From Octopus sinensis (Eukaryota), in contig NC_043017.1 in assembly GCF_006345805.1 (NCBI RefSeq), forward strand, positions 9,920,001 through 9,984,000: 64,000 nucleotides of DNA, written 5' to 3'. The translations under genes and the position numbers were made by a program. Numbering within the stretch: position 1 is the first letter of the stretch; each line of letters opens with the position of its first letter. Shown piece by piece: positions 28,130-39,237 of this stretch. Below the pieces are notes generated by a model. That model was not told the origin of the DNA. It made no database searches and saw only the letters and a list, made by a program, of their open reading frames with translations.

Positions 28130-30127
28130 CGTGGTGGTGATGATGGTGGTGGTCGTGGTCGTGGTGATGATGATGGTGGTGGTGTTCGTCGTGGTGGTCT
28201 TCGTGATGGTGGTGGCGATGGTGGTCGTCGTGTTTGTGGTGGTGGTGGTTCGTCGTGTTTGTGGTGGTGGTGGTGTTGTTGTTGGTGGTGGTGGTGGCGG
28301 TGGTGCTGGTAGTGGTGATGGTGGTCGTGGTCGTGGTGGTCGTCGTGTTTGTGGTGGTGGTGGTGTTGTTGTTGTTGGTGGTGGGGGTGGTGATGGTGGT
28401 GGTGGTGATGGTGGTGGTGGTGATGGTGGTGGTGATGATGGTGGTCGTGGTCGTGGTGGTCTTCGTGATGGCGGTGGCGATGGTGGTCGTCGTGTTTGTG
28501 GTGGTGGTGTTGTTGTTGTTGTTGTTGGTGGTGGGGGTGGTGATGATGGTGGTGGTGGTGGTGGTGGTGGTGATGATGGTGGTCGTGGTCGTGGTCGTGG
28601 TGGTCTTCGTGATGGTGGTGGTGATGGTCATGGGCGTTGTGGTGGTGGTGGTCATGGTAGTACTGGTGGTGGTGGTGGCTGAAGCTGTCGTCTGGGTTCT
28701 TCCAATTTTTTCGTGTGTCGGTGGCGGCGTTGGCGTTCATGCTCGCACCTGCACCTGTGTAGCTCCTCCCCTTCTTCCCTCTCTCGTGAAGCTGTGGAGA
28801 AGGCAGGGTAGGGAAATCAACGTCGTAAAGCGTTGTCAAGGAGACCAGCGTTCTTTTAGAACAACGACTTCATGGCTTGAAGTCGCCGAAACAGAAATCG
28901 CTAAAAAAGCTGAAACAGATCCACAAAAACGGCAAAAACCGCCACATAGGGCAGGTTTCCTGCGCAAACAATTTGCACAACCAAATGTTTCAGTTGCTGC
29001 ACAAATCTTTATATATAAAAGTGAAGTTGTGTGTCTGTCTCCTACGATTTAGATTCCTAACTACTCCCACATTTTGCGGTGCAGTTTAACCAAAACCGGG
29101 TATCTTATAGTCGTGATTCATATCGAGCCCTTCTGGGTATTAGCGCGCGTCTACGATGAGTCTACGATTTAAAAAAATTTACCATCATTTTTTCCATTTT
29201 AATGCATTTTTTCGCTATTATATAAGGGAAGTAACTCTCTAAAAATGTCTACGATGAGTCAACGATTTAAAAAAAAGAATACCATCATTTTTTATTCTAT
29301 TTTTAATGCATTTTTTTGCTATAACTCACTAAAAATGCTTATATAGTTATTTCCCTTACAAACCCGAGCAACGCCGGGCGATACTGCTAGTATATATATA
29401 TATATACTTACGGATATTATAATGTTAGATTATTTATTCATTTTACAAATGAGAACATCAAAAGCATACAAAATATTATATAAATCAATAGATAAGATAA
29501 TAATACAAATACAGATTTTAAAAGTCATATTATAAATTATTGAAATCGACTTTTAAAATCTGTATTTGTATTATTATCTTATCTATTGATTTATATAATA
29601 TTTTGTATGCTTTTGATGTTCTCATTTGTAAAATGAATAAATAATCCAACATTATAATATTCGTAAGTTGATGAACAAACTGAATTTATTTCTCCATTTT
29701 CTTATTTGTATTATAAATTTACAGTAAAAATATTTCTTTACCTTCACCCATTTAATATAATAAATGAATTAATTGCATTGCAATTAAAAACATTTGTGTA
29801 TTAAGAATCTGGGTACTTTACCAACAGAATATTGGATAATTGATATCCCATAGTGGGTTACATTCATAAGCCCTATCTTACTTTGTACTTTATATATATA
29901 TATATATATATCCCTCTCTCTCTTTCGGAGAGGCACTGAGTAGCTATACGCACACATACACACACAGCAGTAACTTCCACCTACCGAATTCAATCACAAA
30001 GCTCCGGTCGGCTCGGGGCTATAGTGGAAGACATCTACTCAAAGTGCCACGCAGTAGGACTGAACCCAAAACCATGTAGCTAGGAAGCAAGCTCCCTAAC
30101 CACACAGCCATGCCTGCGCCTATATAT

Positions 30128-30202
<75 letters not shown>

Positions 30203-31503
30203 ATATTATATATATATATATATATATTGGCTCACCGATAATCGGTGGACGCACACAGTTGCCGAGTGGTACTCGCGTGAGCGGAAAAGACCACCCGGAA
30301 GACCTCCACGACGGTCGAGTTACAATTTCAGGAGGATGATTGGGATCACGTGGATGAGAAAGGCGTGATCCAGAGAGGAGTGGACAGCGTGCTGTGACCA
30401 GCAGTGTCAAATGGACGCCTGACGGACTGGTCAGTCAAGGTGATCAAGGTGATATATATATATCATCATCATCATCATCATAGGGAGGTGGGAGAAAGCA
30501 CCATCTGAATCGTGGCCGAAGCCAGTGCTGCCTTGACTGGCTTCTGTGCCGGTGGCACGTAAAATGCACCAATTCGACCGTGGCCGATGCCAGTCTCGCC
30601 TGGCACCAGTGCAGTTGGCATGTAAAAAGCACCCACTACACTCACGGAGTGGTTGGCGTTAGGAAGGGCATCCAGCTGTAGAAACATTGCCAGATAAGAC
30701 CGGAGCCTGGTGCAGCCTTCTGGCTTCCCAGATCCCCGGTCGAACCGTCCAACCCATGCTAGCATGGAGAACGGACGTTAAACGATGATGATGATGATGA
30801 TGATCAAATATTGATTTTTAAATATTTATTGCACCTTTGTGTACTGTTTTGTCATTAGCTTTTTTATTCTTTGCAGGCTTTGAAGTCTGCTGGTCTCACC
30901 ATTTCCAATGAAGTCATCCCAGACACTGACCATTTTGATGTCATAGCAAAACTTGCAGAAGATGATTATTACATTATCAAAGTAAGAGAAACTATGCTTT
31001 ATTTTTACTTTTTTTTTTTTTAAATCACTACTGCTGTGATGTGAATGTATATACAATGTTTATAAATAGGGTTAATATGTAGTGGAATGATGATGGTGAT
31101 GATGATGATGTTGGTTGTGGTGATGATGATGATAACAGTGATGATATTGGTGATGATGCTGGTGTTGTTGTTGTTGTTGGTAGTGGTGGTCATGGTGATG
31201 ATGATGATGTTGGTAGTGGTGGTGATAATGATTACAATGGTAATGATGGTGATAATAGTGATGATAATGATGAGGTGATGATTATGATGATGTTGATGGT
31301 GGTGGTGATGATGATGATGATGATGATGGTGGTGATGATAAAGGTAATGATATTGGTGATGATGGTGGTGTTGCTGTTGGTGGTTGATGATAAATGTTTA
31401 CCTTGTATGTTATTGATCTTCCATAGATTAATCTTGTTTTTTATTGATTTATTTATGTATTTTACAGGAAATTATCAAAACTATGGGCTTGACTGTTGAT
31501 TGA
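10996..31503 (+). CDS. AFMID: Kynurenine formamidase (arylformamidase), 11 coding exons, 903 nt, 300 aa
   Basis: Exons 10996-11031, 11423-11513, 13422-13526, 13832-13880, 17740-17825, 18409-18487, 20358-20458, 24326-24404, 26179-26314, 30877-30981 and 31468-31503 join in frame through GT-AG introns. Motifs: ELERQYS N-terminus, HGGYW oxyanion motif, GHSAG nucleophile, EHDS Asp, DHF His. Confidence 0.95.
11423..11513 (+). CDS. AFMID: AFMID exon 2 ([30 protein letters not shown])
   Basis: ttcag acceptor, gtaag donor; matches the conserved AFMID ELExQYSPSxW motif. Confidence 0.92.
11668..12128 (-). mobile_element. CR1 family 2, 3' fragment
   Basis: [10 protein letters not shown]...TRGHAYK...WNKLP; (ATT)n tail. 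Confidence 0.88.
12487..12877 (-). mobile_element. SINE family A
   Basis: Near full-length reverse copy. Confidence 0.9.
13010..13395. repeat. (GAT)n/(GGT)n microsatellite
   Basis: Direct reading of the sequence. Confidence 0.95.
13422..13526 (+). CDS. AFMID: AFMID exon 3 ([34 protein letters not shown])
   Basis: tttctag acceptor, GT donor; G-x-x-E-x-x-K-LDIF motif; phases fit. Confidence 0.92.
13832..13880 (+). CDS. AFMID: AFMID exon 4 ([17 protein letters not shown])
   Basis: tttttgcag acceptor; HGGYW motif. Confidence 0.96.
14306..14860 (-). mobile_element. PLE pLTR-like fragment anchored on (TA)n
   Basis: The TA-proximal 170 bp resembles 14931-15070 (accgatacc..gtagcaaa.tcaca, cacggttg, gtgcgga); contains a hammerhead. 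Confidence 0.7.
14512..14608 (-). ncRNA. Type I hammerhead motif, helix I degenerate
   Basis: CTGAAGA (14599-14593), helix II GAAAGACACAA/TTGTGCCTTTC, then GAAAC-ACGT-GT-A with palindrome ACACGTGT. Confidence 0.7.
15130..15224 (-). ncRNA. Type I hammerhead, mirror copy with a helix III G>A change
   Basis: Reverse complement of the 16828 motif except GAAACATATATC. Confidence 0.8.
15790..16281 (-). CDS. GIY-YIG endonuclease domain of PLE type (163 aa)
   Basis: TIYQCKI...YFYIGAT..L.QRI.NH, LS..VW.LK, W.IL, CGIC..E...I, IN...E...CLH motifs; no internal stops. Confidence 0.85.
   Translation of the reverse strand: MNSIVAKASNNFYTYHNNKNSVLVSETNPNRLKFLSKNSKIRNTIYQCKISSGTDVYFYIGATSSKLSQRISNHYSTFRDKRKQHSMGLSKLVWRLKNNNTTFKLEWSILSVSFPFDKGRKFCGICNSELFHILFAKGPLINTIVERSYRCLHWKRHTFHSYK
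16828..16922 (+). ncRNA. Type I hammerhead ribozyme, intact core
   Basis: Helix I is ccttgattttc/gagaataaagg (10 of 11 pairs). CTGATGA at 16839-16845. Helix II is GAA..CTGCATA/TATGCAG..TTC. GAAAC-ATAT-GT-C gives palindromic helix III (ACATATGT), with predicted cleavage after C16911. Confidence 0.88.
17395..17432 (+). ncRNA. Minimal variant hammerhead-like motif
   Basis: tcttt-CTGTTGA-A-GAGC(gtag)GCTC-GAAACGT-A-aaaga; the core has an A6>U change and an extra A. Confidence 0.55.
17740..17825 (+). CDS. AFMID: AFMID exon 5 ([28 protein letters not shown])
   Basis: ttccag acceptor, gtaagt donor; GYxIAP motif. Confidence 0.92.
18104..18323. mobile_element. hAT (Charlie-like) MITE
   Basis: TIRs CAGTGGTCTTCAACC and GGTTGAAAAGCACTG; 8-bp TSD gtgtaaaa/gtgtaaag. 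Confidence 0.85.
18409..18487 (+). CDS. AFMID: AFMID exon 6 ([26 protein letters not shown])
   Basis: Weak aag acceptor, gtgag donor; GTxxxIVDxV motif; phases fit. Confidence 0.9.
19025..19452 (-). mobile_element. CR1 family 2, 3' fragment
   Basis: Same motifs and 3' UTR as the other family 2 copies. Confidence 0.88.
19976..20195. mobile_element. piggyBac-type MITE (TTAA-CCCTTT...AAAGGG-TTAA)
   Basis: TTAA on both sides. Same family at 38291-38508 and, truncated, at 50637-50790. Confidence 0.85.
20358..20458 (+). CDS. AFMID: AFMID exon 7 ([33 protein letters not shown])
   Basis: tttcag acceptor, gtaag donor; GHSAGGHL nucleophile elbow. Confidence 0.96.
20520..20765. repeat. (CAT)n/(CAC)n microsatellite
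   Basis: Direct reading of the sequence. Confidence 0.95.
20965..23652. repeat. CA-rich minisatellite, ~78-bp unit, roughly 35 copies
   Basis: atactcac recurs at 21003 and 21081; unit is cattcacatgcataaacacacacacatactcacaaacacacacaaactcacgcatacagacacatttacacacacaca. Confidence 0.95.
24326..24404 (+). CDS. AFMID: AFMID exon 8 ([26 protein letters not shown])
   Basis: tttcag acceptor, gtaagt donor; SGVYDLxPL motif. Confidence 0.95.
25700..25935 (+). mobile_element. SINE family B
   Basis: Full-length copy. Confidence 0.9.
26179..26314 (+). CDS. AFMID: AFMID exon 9 (ESAQKISP...[18 protein letters not shown])
   Basis: ttttacag acceptor, gtaagg donor; catalytic Asp in EHDS; EFxRQ motif. Confidence 0.95.
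26345..26745. repeat. (TATG)n microsatellite
   Basis: Direct reading of the sequence. Confidence 0.95.
27369..29005 (+). mobile_element. Longer Helitron of the same family, upstream, without its own 3' end
   Basis: A|TCTATATATATAAAA start; first ~190 bp resembles 29006 onward; internal diverged duplication (27570-27875 vs 28697-29005) around a GGT/GAT/CGT array. Confidence 0.75.
29006..29390 (+). mobile_element. Non-autonomous Helitron
   Basis: A|TC 5' end, subterminal hairpin cccg-agcaacgc-cggg, 3' CTAG|T. Confidence 0.88.
29406..29668. repeat. Near-perfect inverted repeat, 121-bp arms, 21-nt loop
   Basis: 29406-29526 pairs with 29548-29668. Confidence 0.92.
30228..30447 (+). mobile_element. 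RTE-type LINE 3' end inside (TA)n
   Basis: [11 protein letters not shown]...W motif typical of RTE C-termini; (caaggtgat)2 tail; similar end at 54196-54308. Confidence 0.6.
30590..30805 (+). mobile_element. SINE family C with (GAT)n tail
   Basis: ggagtggttggcgttaggaagggcatccagc...ccaacccatgc.agcatgga...aaacgatgatgat. Other copies near 720-1060, 35010-35340, 40285-40480, 41090-41360, 44595-44745, 45300-45650, 51040-51230, 51975-52200, 52620-52775 and 60520-60770. Confidence 0.8.
30877..30981 (+). CDS. AFMID: AFMID exon 10 ([35 protein letters not shown])
   Basis: ttgcag acceptor, gtaag donor; DHFD catalytic His. Confidence 0.95.
31468..31503 (+). CDS. AFMID: AFMID exon 11 ([11 protein letters not shown])
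   Basis: ttttacag acceptor, TGA stop, AATAAA near 31662. Confidence 0.85.
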   Translation, partial: EIIKTMGLTVD

Positions 31504-31954
31504 ACGAACCTTTGCAGACTTCAGAAACACATTGTAGACATCTATAGAAAGGGTGAAGTGGTTGGTTTATACAGAGCTTTTAGTATCAAAGACCACACAC
31601 ACACACTGATTGATATCTGAAGGTTAAAGACTCATCAATGAAAAAATAGAGATAAATTAAATAAATAATAATTGGTTGTCATCAGTTTTGACAATGTGTT
31701 TTCCAGTTGTTTAATCAATGAGGTGGCCTTCTTGTTGGATGGAGTGGGTCTGAAGACCATGTGGTTGGGAAGCAAGCTTCTTAACCCTGCAGCCACACCT
31801 GTACCCCATACTTATATACTGAAATTACACTGGGCCTTGGTGTATTATCAATCATGCTTTGTGCTCACTTATTACACAATGTCTGATTCATCTTTTAATC
31901 CTGACAAAGAAATTTTTTTGAAAACACGTTTAAAATATAAAGCATTATTACTAT

Positions 31955-32515
31955 AGAAGAGGCACTGAGGCAAATATAAACCCTAGAAGCCAGGCAGACC
32001 ACAGGACTGTTCAGAAGAATAAATGTGATCTGGGCCAGCGCTTTGATTGTGCCAGAGCATTGTCCTGTCAATGAAGAAGGCAAGGACATCATCATTAGAA
32101 GATCTTGTTGCACCAAAGCATGTCCTGTCAACTGTAGTTTATGCAGGAGAAACTTGGAGAATGGTTGTTGAGATAACTCAGAGGTTGAATGCATTTCTAC
32201 CAAGGATTTCTATGCAGAATATCGAAGGCCACCTGCAGGAAGAGAATCACAAATTCTGAAGTCATGAGAAGAACAAACTTGCACAGCCTGCAGGAGATTG
32301 TATTTGAAAGAACTGTGAGACTTGCAGGTTTTCCGATTGCCAGAAGAATGATGACAGAGAGGAAGACCTAAAAGGACATGATGTACCACTTTCTTAGAAG
32401 ATCAGAAGCGATTTAGCATCACCTGGGAAGATACAGGAGACTATACTGAGAACCAGGATGACTGGAGGCACCTTGCTGCCAACTGTACAAGAGGAACTAA
32501 GAATAAGACTAAGAC
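31955..32515 (+). mobile_element. Decayed RTE-type LINE 3' fragment
   Basis: VLSTVVYAGETW...RLNAF...ITNSEVMRRT, with frameshifts; short-repeat tail (aagact). Confidence 0.7.
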
Positions 32516-35500
32516 TTGGTTTTCAATATTTTATTTCTAAGAAAAATCACGACTCCCTCTAAACACTCAGCTCCTCTTTGTGAGCTTACGGCACCCACAA
32601 AAAGGTGCCACTTCTCGGTTTAAAAACCATTGGTTTACAAGCAATACAAGTGCTGCCAACAGATGCAGGTGTGAAAACAACAATAACAACAAAAAGTACC
32701 ACAAGAGGCTTTAACAGTGAAAGAGATAGAGCACCAAAAAGTTGGCAGAAATTATTGAAAATATATCTTCTGAGACTGTACACACACATACACACACATA
32801 TTTCAAAATAGTTGCTTTGGAATGACATTCATTCATTTTTCTTATTAGCTTTTATGTTTTTAAATTTTTTTTTTTGCATTGAAGAATTTTTGTATATTGA
32901 CAAATTAAAGTATTTATATCTAATTCCATTTAAGAAGAAAATCATTAAGATTACAATTTTTCAGACTTTTAACTTCACTTTTAGTTGATAATATATCTAA
33001 TTAATAAGATACAAGTTATATCATGCTGATAGTTGCTGAAAAGAATGAAATAGTGCTATACATGATTATCACTAACTAGAAATAATAAGAACTTTGTAAT
33101 AGATAGATAAAAAAAAATCAAATGAGAACTCTTATGTGTCTTCTACCTCATATTCCTCAATTTCAAATTCAAATTTCTAATCTTGCCTTATGTTGTGAGG
33201 GTGATGGTTAGCTCCTTTGTATAAACAGCCCTTGCCAGAAGGGACCACATGCTCTAATGTCTGCTTTTATGGTTTGATGCTCTTCCTACCACCAACCACT
33301 TTACAGTGTGTACTGGGTGCTTCCTTTTCTATAGCACCAACACAAGTGGGGTTGCCATGTACCTTAAATGATTAAAATCCCTTTCGACTGAACAGGGCTA
33401 TGGTAAAGAGGAAGGCAGCTTTATGCTAAGTTAAAATATGATGGAAGGGGCTAGAACTGGTTTCTTACCATACAAGAGATACATAGCTGCTCACATTATA
33501 CAAGAGAAATTTTGATTTAATTTCGCAAAGTGAAGTTAAAGGTCCAAAAAAGTTATACATTTTCTAAACAATAATGCATCAGAGATACATAAAAATTTAA
33601 ATCAAAAATAAATTCAATCTTTCAAAAGCAGAAAAATATTAATCATAAAGATTAGTTATTGATATTGTAAATATTAAAATCTTCCAAAGACATATCATTA
33701 CAGAGACACACAAGTGTATATATATTTTTATATACACACATAATTATATATATATATACACATACATACACTTATATGTTGTTTTGCTTTATAACGAGAA
33801 TGATTTAAAGTACATAAATTGACTTGTTTCAGTTTCTTTTCAAATTTAAGCAGAAAAATACTAATAATAGTAAACATTAGAAATTTTAGTAATTCATATT
33901 ATAATATATTACTATTTCCAGAAAAATATCTCACCACACACACACATGTATATATGTATATATATATATATATATAATATATATATATATATAAACACAT
34001 ATACATACTTACATAAATATATGTATATGTCTTTGTATATATATGCGTGTGTGTGTATATACATTTATATATATATATATAAACGTATATACATACATAA
34101 ATATATATATGCACATGTTTTTATATATATGTATGTATATGTACATATATATAAGTATTTAGTTTTTCATGTAAATACTTACACACACACATATATATAT
34201 TTATATACACACACATATCAAATGACAAATGACACAAAATAAAATTGCTTCTTACCATTTTTTTGTTTTTGTTTACCTTAAGCAGATAAATACTGATAGT
34301 AAACAGAACGTTGTTAATATAATTAATGATTTCAAATTTTGGCACAAGGCCAGCAATTTTAAGGGGCAGGTGTGTGTCACTACACAATTTATCAACCCCT
34401 GGAACCCTAGAATGGAAGTTGACCTCAGAGAAATTTGAACTCAGAGCTGGGTGAACTGCACCCAAGCATTTCTTCCGATGCTTAAGTGATTCTGCCAGCT
34501 CACCACCTTCGTCATTGATATGATTAATTATTATTTCTAATTTTAGCACAAGGCCTGCAATTATGAGGGGATGTGTAAGTCGATTCCATTGACCCCAGGG
34601 TTCAACAGGTACCTATTTTATCGACCCTGATTAGACGAAAGGCCCTGTCAACCATGGCCAAATTTGAACTCAGAACATAAGGGGTCAGAAGAATTCCACC
34701 AAGGTGAACTTGGCCTTTCAGCCTTTTGGAATTTATGAAATAAGTACCAGTCATGAAATTGCTGGCCTTGTGCCAAAATCTGAAACCAGTATTCATAATT
34801 CTTTTGTTTCAGTCATTTGACTGTGGCCATGTTGCAGCACCGCCTTTAGTTGAGCAAATCATCCCCAGGACTTGTTCCTTGTAATCTCAGTACCTATTGT
34901 ATTGGTATCTTTTGCTGAACTGCTATGCTACAGGGATGTAAACACATTAGCATCGGTTGTCAAGTGTTGTTGGTGGGGACAAACAGAGACACACACACAC
35001 ATATATATATATCATCATCATCATCATCATTTAACGTCTGCTTTCCATGCTGGCATAGGTTGGATGATTTGACTGAGGACTGGCAAACCAGATGGCTACA
35101 CCAGGTTCCAATCTGATCTGACAGAGTTTCTACAGCTGCATGCCCTTCCTAATGCCAACTACTCTGAGAGTGTAGCGGGTGCTTTTATCTGCCACCGGCA
35201 CGAGTGCCAGTCAGGCAGTACTGGCAATGGCCACACTCAAATGGTGTTTTTTACGTGCCACCTACAGAGGAGCCAGTCCAGCGGCACTGGCAACGACCTC
35301 GCTCAAATATTTTTCAAGTGCAAGTAAGGCGACGCTATATATATATACACACACACACACACAACAGGCTTCTTTCAGTTTCCATCTACCAAATCCACTC
35401 ACAAGGCTTTGGTCAGCACGAGGCTATAGTAGAAGATACTTGCCCAAGTTTCCAGGCAGTGGGACTGAACCCGGAACCATGTGGTTGTAAGCAAACTACT

Positions 35501-36399
35501 TACCACACAGCCACTCCTGTGCCTTACTTCAGATTTTGGCACAAGGCCAGCAATTTTGAGGAACTGGGTTAGTCAATTACTGCGACCCTGTGTTCAACTG
35601 ATGCTTATTTTACTGACCCTGAAAGGATGACAGGCAGTCAACCTTGGTGAAATTTGAACTCAAGACATAAAGATGAAGAAAATTCCGCTAAGCATTTTTA
35701 CCAGATTACCATCTTATTGATATAATTAATAAGAAATAACATGGCTGGTTGCAGAAAAAAATATCTTGTCATATGCTTTATACATAAGAATGATGAACAA
35801 AATTATTTCTTTGAATATGAAAAAAAAGAAAAAAAGACAAAAAGATCAAGAAATAACAACACAAAACACTGGAAGTAGTTAAACACCGGATGTTCAGAGA
35901 AAAACAATTTAGAAATATCAATTCACAGACAATTTCAAATCTTCAGGTTTTTTTTTTTTTTTTGGTTACATTTTGAAATATTCAAGAAAATGGAAAAATG
36001 TGAGAATTAAGGGCTGTTATACTGTTACAACACCATAGAAGAAACAGTTTTATTATTTTATTTTATAAAAAGGTCCAGAATATTTCTTAAAGACAAAAGA
36101 ACTTTGTAGCAGCAATTTAATGAACAAGAGATGTTGCATATTTAGAAGGCAGGAGAATTTGGTTTTTGGAAATATTTAAATTATATATATATATATATAT
36201 TATATATATACACACATACATAAATATGTATGTATGTGGGTGTTGCTATACTAATATAAAAGTGACCAAGTTGGTGGCCTTGATTGACAGTAGCTAATTA
36301 CACATAGCTGATGAAGTGTAACAACGCAGAAATGCATACGTCCTACAGTCCATTAGTATCATCCGTGGCCTTGTGGAGTGTTTACACCCATATACGGCA

Positions 36400-36431
<32 letters not shown>

Positions 36432-38290
36432 TATATATATATATATATATACATACATACACACACACACATATATTTATTTGCTATACCAGCCAGCCAG
36501 CCACATCTGAGGATTGTCAAAAGACAAGAATATGAAACTCTAAATATTTAAATAATGGAATGTTGCAAGTTGGGTCTAGAGCTCTATAACTGAAATGGAC
36601 TGTGAATAGTAACTGGTCCACTAGGCAGCAAGTGTGCAAGCCAGTTAGCTTACCCAGGGACAACGATTTGCAATTCTGAATTACAGAATGTTGTGAGCTT
36701 AATATTAGGTTTTATACTCTACCAAAGGTATTGAGTTCTCTTTTAATTTGTTCATGGTACTACAATGTATGTAATAACAATCCCAAAACACTTCTTCTAT
36801 GTGTGTATATCATCTGAATTACAGTTAGTATCTTACATGAACCCTTGGGTTTCTTGCTAGTAGACTGAATGTACTGAAATTCTTCATATGTGTATATATA
36901 TATATATATATATAAAATATGAATTAGAGATAAAATCACTATTAGGCGACTCAAACAGTTTTATCTCTAATTCATATTTTATATATTTATACTGAGAAAT
37001 TTGATTTAATACTAAATCTAATTTTTCCCTGTAAGTTTGGAGCCATACTCCCTAATATTATTATTGTTATATGTGTGTGTGTGTGTATGTATGTATATAC
37101 ATATGTAAACAGAGTTAGTGTTTATAGTAAATGACTAAAGGATAAAATATCCGTATATACTATCGGTATCCATTACCTGTATTATCCCCTGACATCGGTG
37201 AGATGTTACGTCCCCTATTTTGTTATATCATGCTTTGTATTAAAAAATAAGCTTGAATGTGGTCCAATCGATGTGTTGGTTAATCTGTGGTTTTCTCCAT
37301 TTCCTAATTATATAGATATATATATACATACACACATGCATACATATGTGTGTGTACATACATGTGTACACAGATATACATGTGTATGTGTCAAGAACAT
37401 CACAGGTTAGCAAGCATTTCTTTTTATGTTTTTCTAGGTTGTCTTTACTTCTTCTTCTTCTTCATTTTTGTTTGTTTATTTGTTTATTTTAAAAATATAT
37501 TGTGGCAGCTGAAGCAGTTCAAAAAATAAGGGGAGCCAAGGAATAGGGAACAGAGAAAGGGAATAATAGTGTAAGGTCTTATTGAAGGGATCGGTAGTAA
37601 GTAGCTGAATTATAAAGGGAGAAGGACAAGAAGAGAGAGAGAGAGGGATAGAAACAACAAGAAAGTGGAGGGTGAGGAAGGGAAAGGTAATAATTACATG
37701 AAAAACTAAGTGACCACCACACTGAAAACCAAGTGGAGCCTGTACATGGTCAGTCACCCAACAGGCTAGAAATAGCATCATTTCTCGTTCAAACCAGATT
37801 CTACTGCCTTAAAGAAAAAAAAAATGAAGAATACATTAAATAATGTAGCCTGAGATAGACTATTACCAAGAAAAAGACTAATGGTCATGATTTGATTGTC
37901 CTTTTATTATCCTGGGTCTGTTTGATCAGGACTGACCTGGGGCTAAACATTAACATGTTTGTGCATATTTGGACATGCAAAGATAACATGCCATTCATGT
38001 GCAAATGTACCTTTTGATGTTCTATTATAAGAGTGATTAGCTATTAGTGGCCATGATCAATGGCAGCTAGTTATATGTAGCTGATGAAGTGCAATAATGC
38101 AGAAATGCATACGTTCTGTAATCCAGTGACATCATTCATGATCTCATGGAGTGTTTTCGCCCAAATTGTCAATAAGGGGAGTTTCTTCTCTTGGGACAAC
38201 TTGTGCGGTGTATTGTCTTTCCATATCTGAATATACAGGATCACGTTAAATAAGAATTTACATATGTATATTTCATTCAATGCTGCTTAA

Positions 38291-38508
38291 CCCTTTCGTG
38301 ACCAACCCGGCTGAAACCGGCTCCGGCTCTGTGGTACAAATGTTTTGTTTTCAAAAATTCTGAATTAAAATCTTCTACCAAATCTTAGTCTCAATTTATG
38401 TTCCTAACATTAGCTTAATGACAACTAAGCCGTTTTACTAAATTCTTTGTTACATTTAAAATTAAAAGAAACACAGAGCATCTTGGAATAAATACAGTAA
38501 CGAAAGGA
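38291..38508. mobile_element. piggyBac-type MITE, same family as 19976
   Basis: TTAA-CCCTTTCG...CGAAAGGA-TTAA; shared aacccggctgaaaccgg. Confidence 0.85.
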
Positions 38509-39193
38509 TTAATGCACTCCATCTTGACAAAACTTTACACACATCTGCAAATGTGTCGTTTGCTATTCCAGAGGCCATGAATGACAGCAGCTAGGTAGAC
38601 ATAGTTGATGGAGCATAACAACGCAGAAATGCGTATGTCTTATGGTCCGGTGACGTCATTCACGGCATGTTTCTACACCCATGTTGTTTATAAGGTGGCC
38701 TTCTCCTCTGGAGACAACTTGTGAAGCATATTGTCTTTCCATATCTGAATAGACACAAACACGTTAGATAAGATAGTACATAATTATATTTCACTAAATG
38801 TTGTTTGATGTGCCTCCGATTCGAATTAACAACATTTTCTGAGAAATGAAGGTTGCGAGGAATGGTGTAGTTGCAAAAATAGAATTTAGCTGAGATTGAA
38901 ATAAAGAAAAATAAATTTAAAAAAAAAGCAAAAAACAAAAACAAAAGAAGGAAATAATTTGCTATGTTAAACATTTATAAAGAACTGATGTAGTGAGGGT
39001 TTGCTTAATTTGGGGTTAATAAGAAATGGTAGCACAGAATGACATGGAACAATTGTGTAAGTAAAACATTTGTGCGAATTTGAAAGGTGGTGGTGGTGGT
39101 GGTGGTGAGGAGAGAATAGGGATAGTCAAATAGAGAGGTAGAGAGGGAGGGGGAAGACTGAGAAGATACGTGTGTGTGTTTTGTGTGTATATA

Positions 39194-39237
<44 letters not shown>

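Noticed and set aside
27933-29052. Long Gly/Val-, His/Thr- and Pro-rich ORFs
   Set aside because: They are translations of a triplet repeat array inside a Helitron; several frames are open and there are no supporting splice signals.
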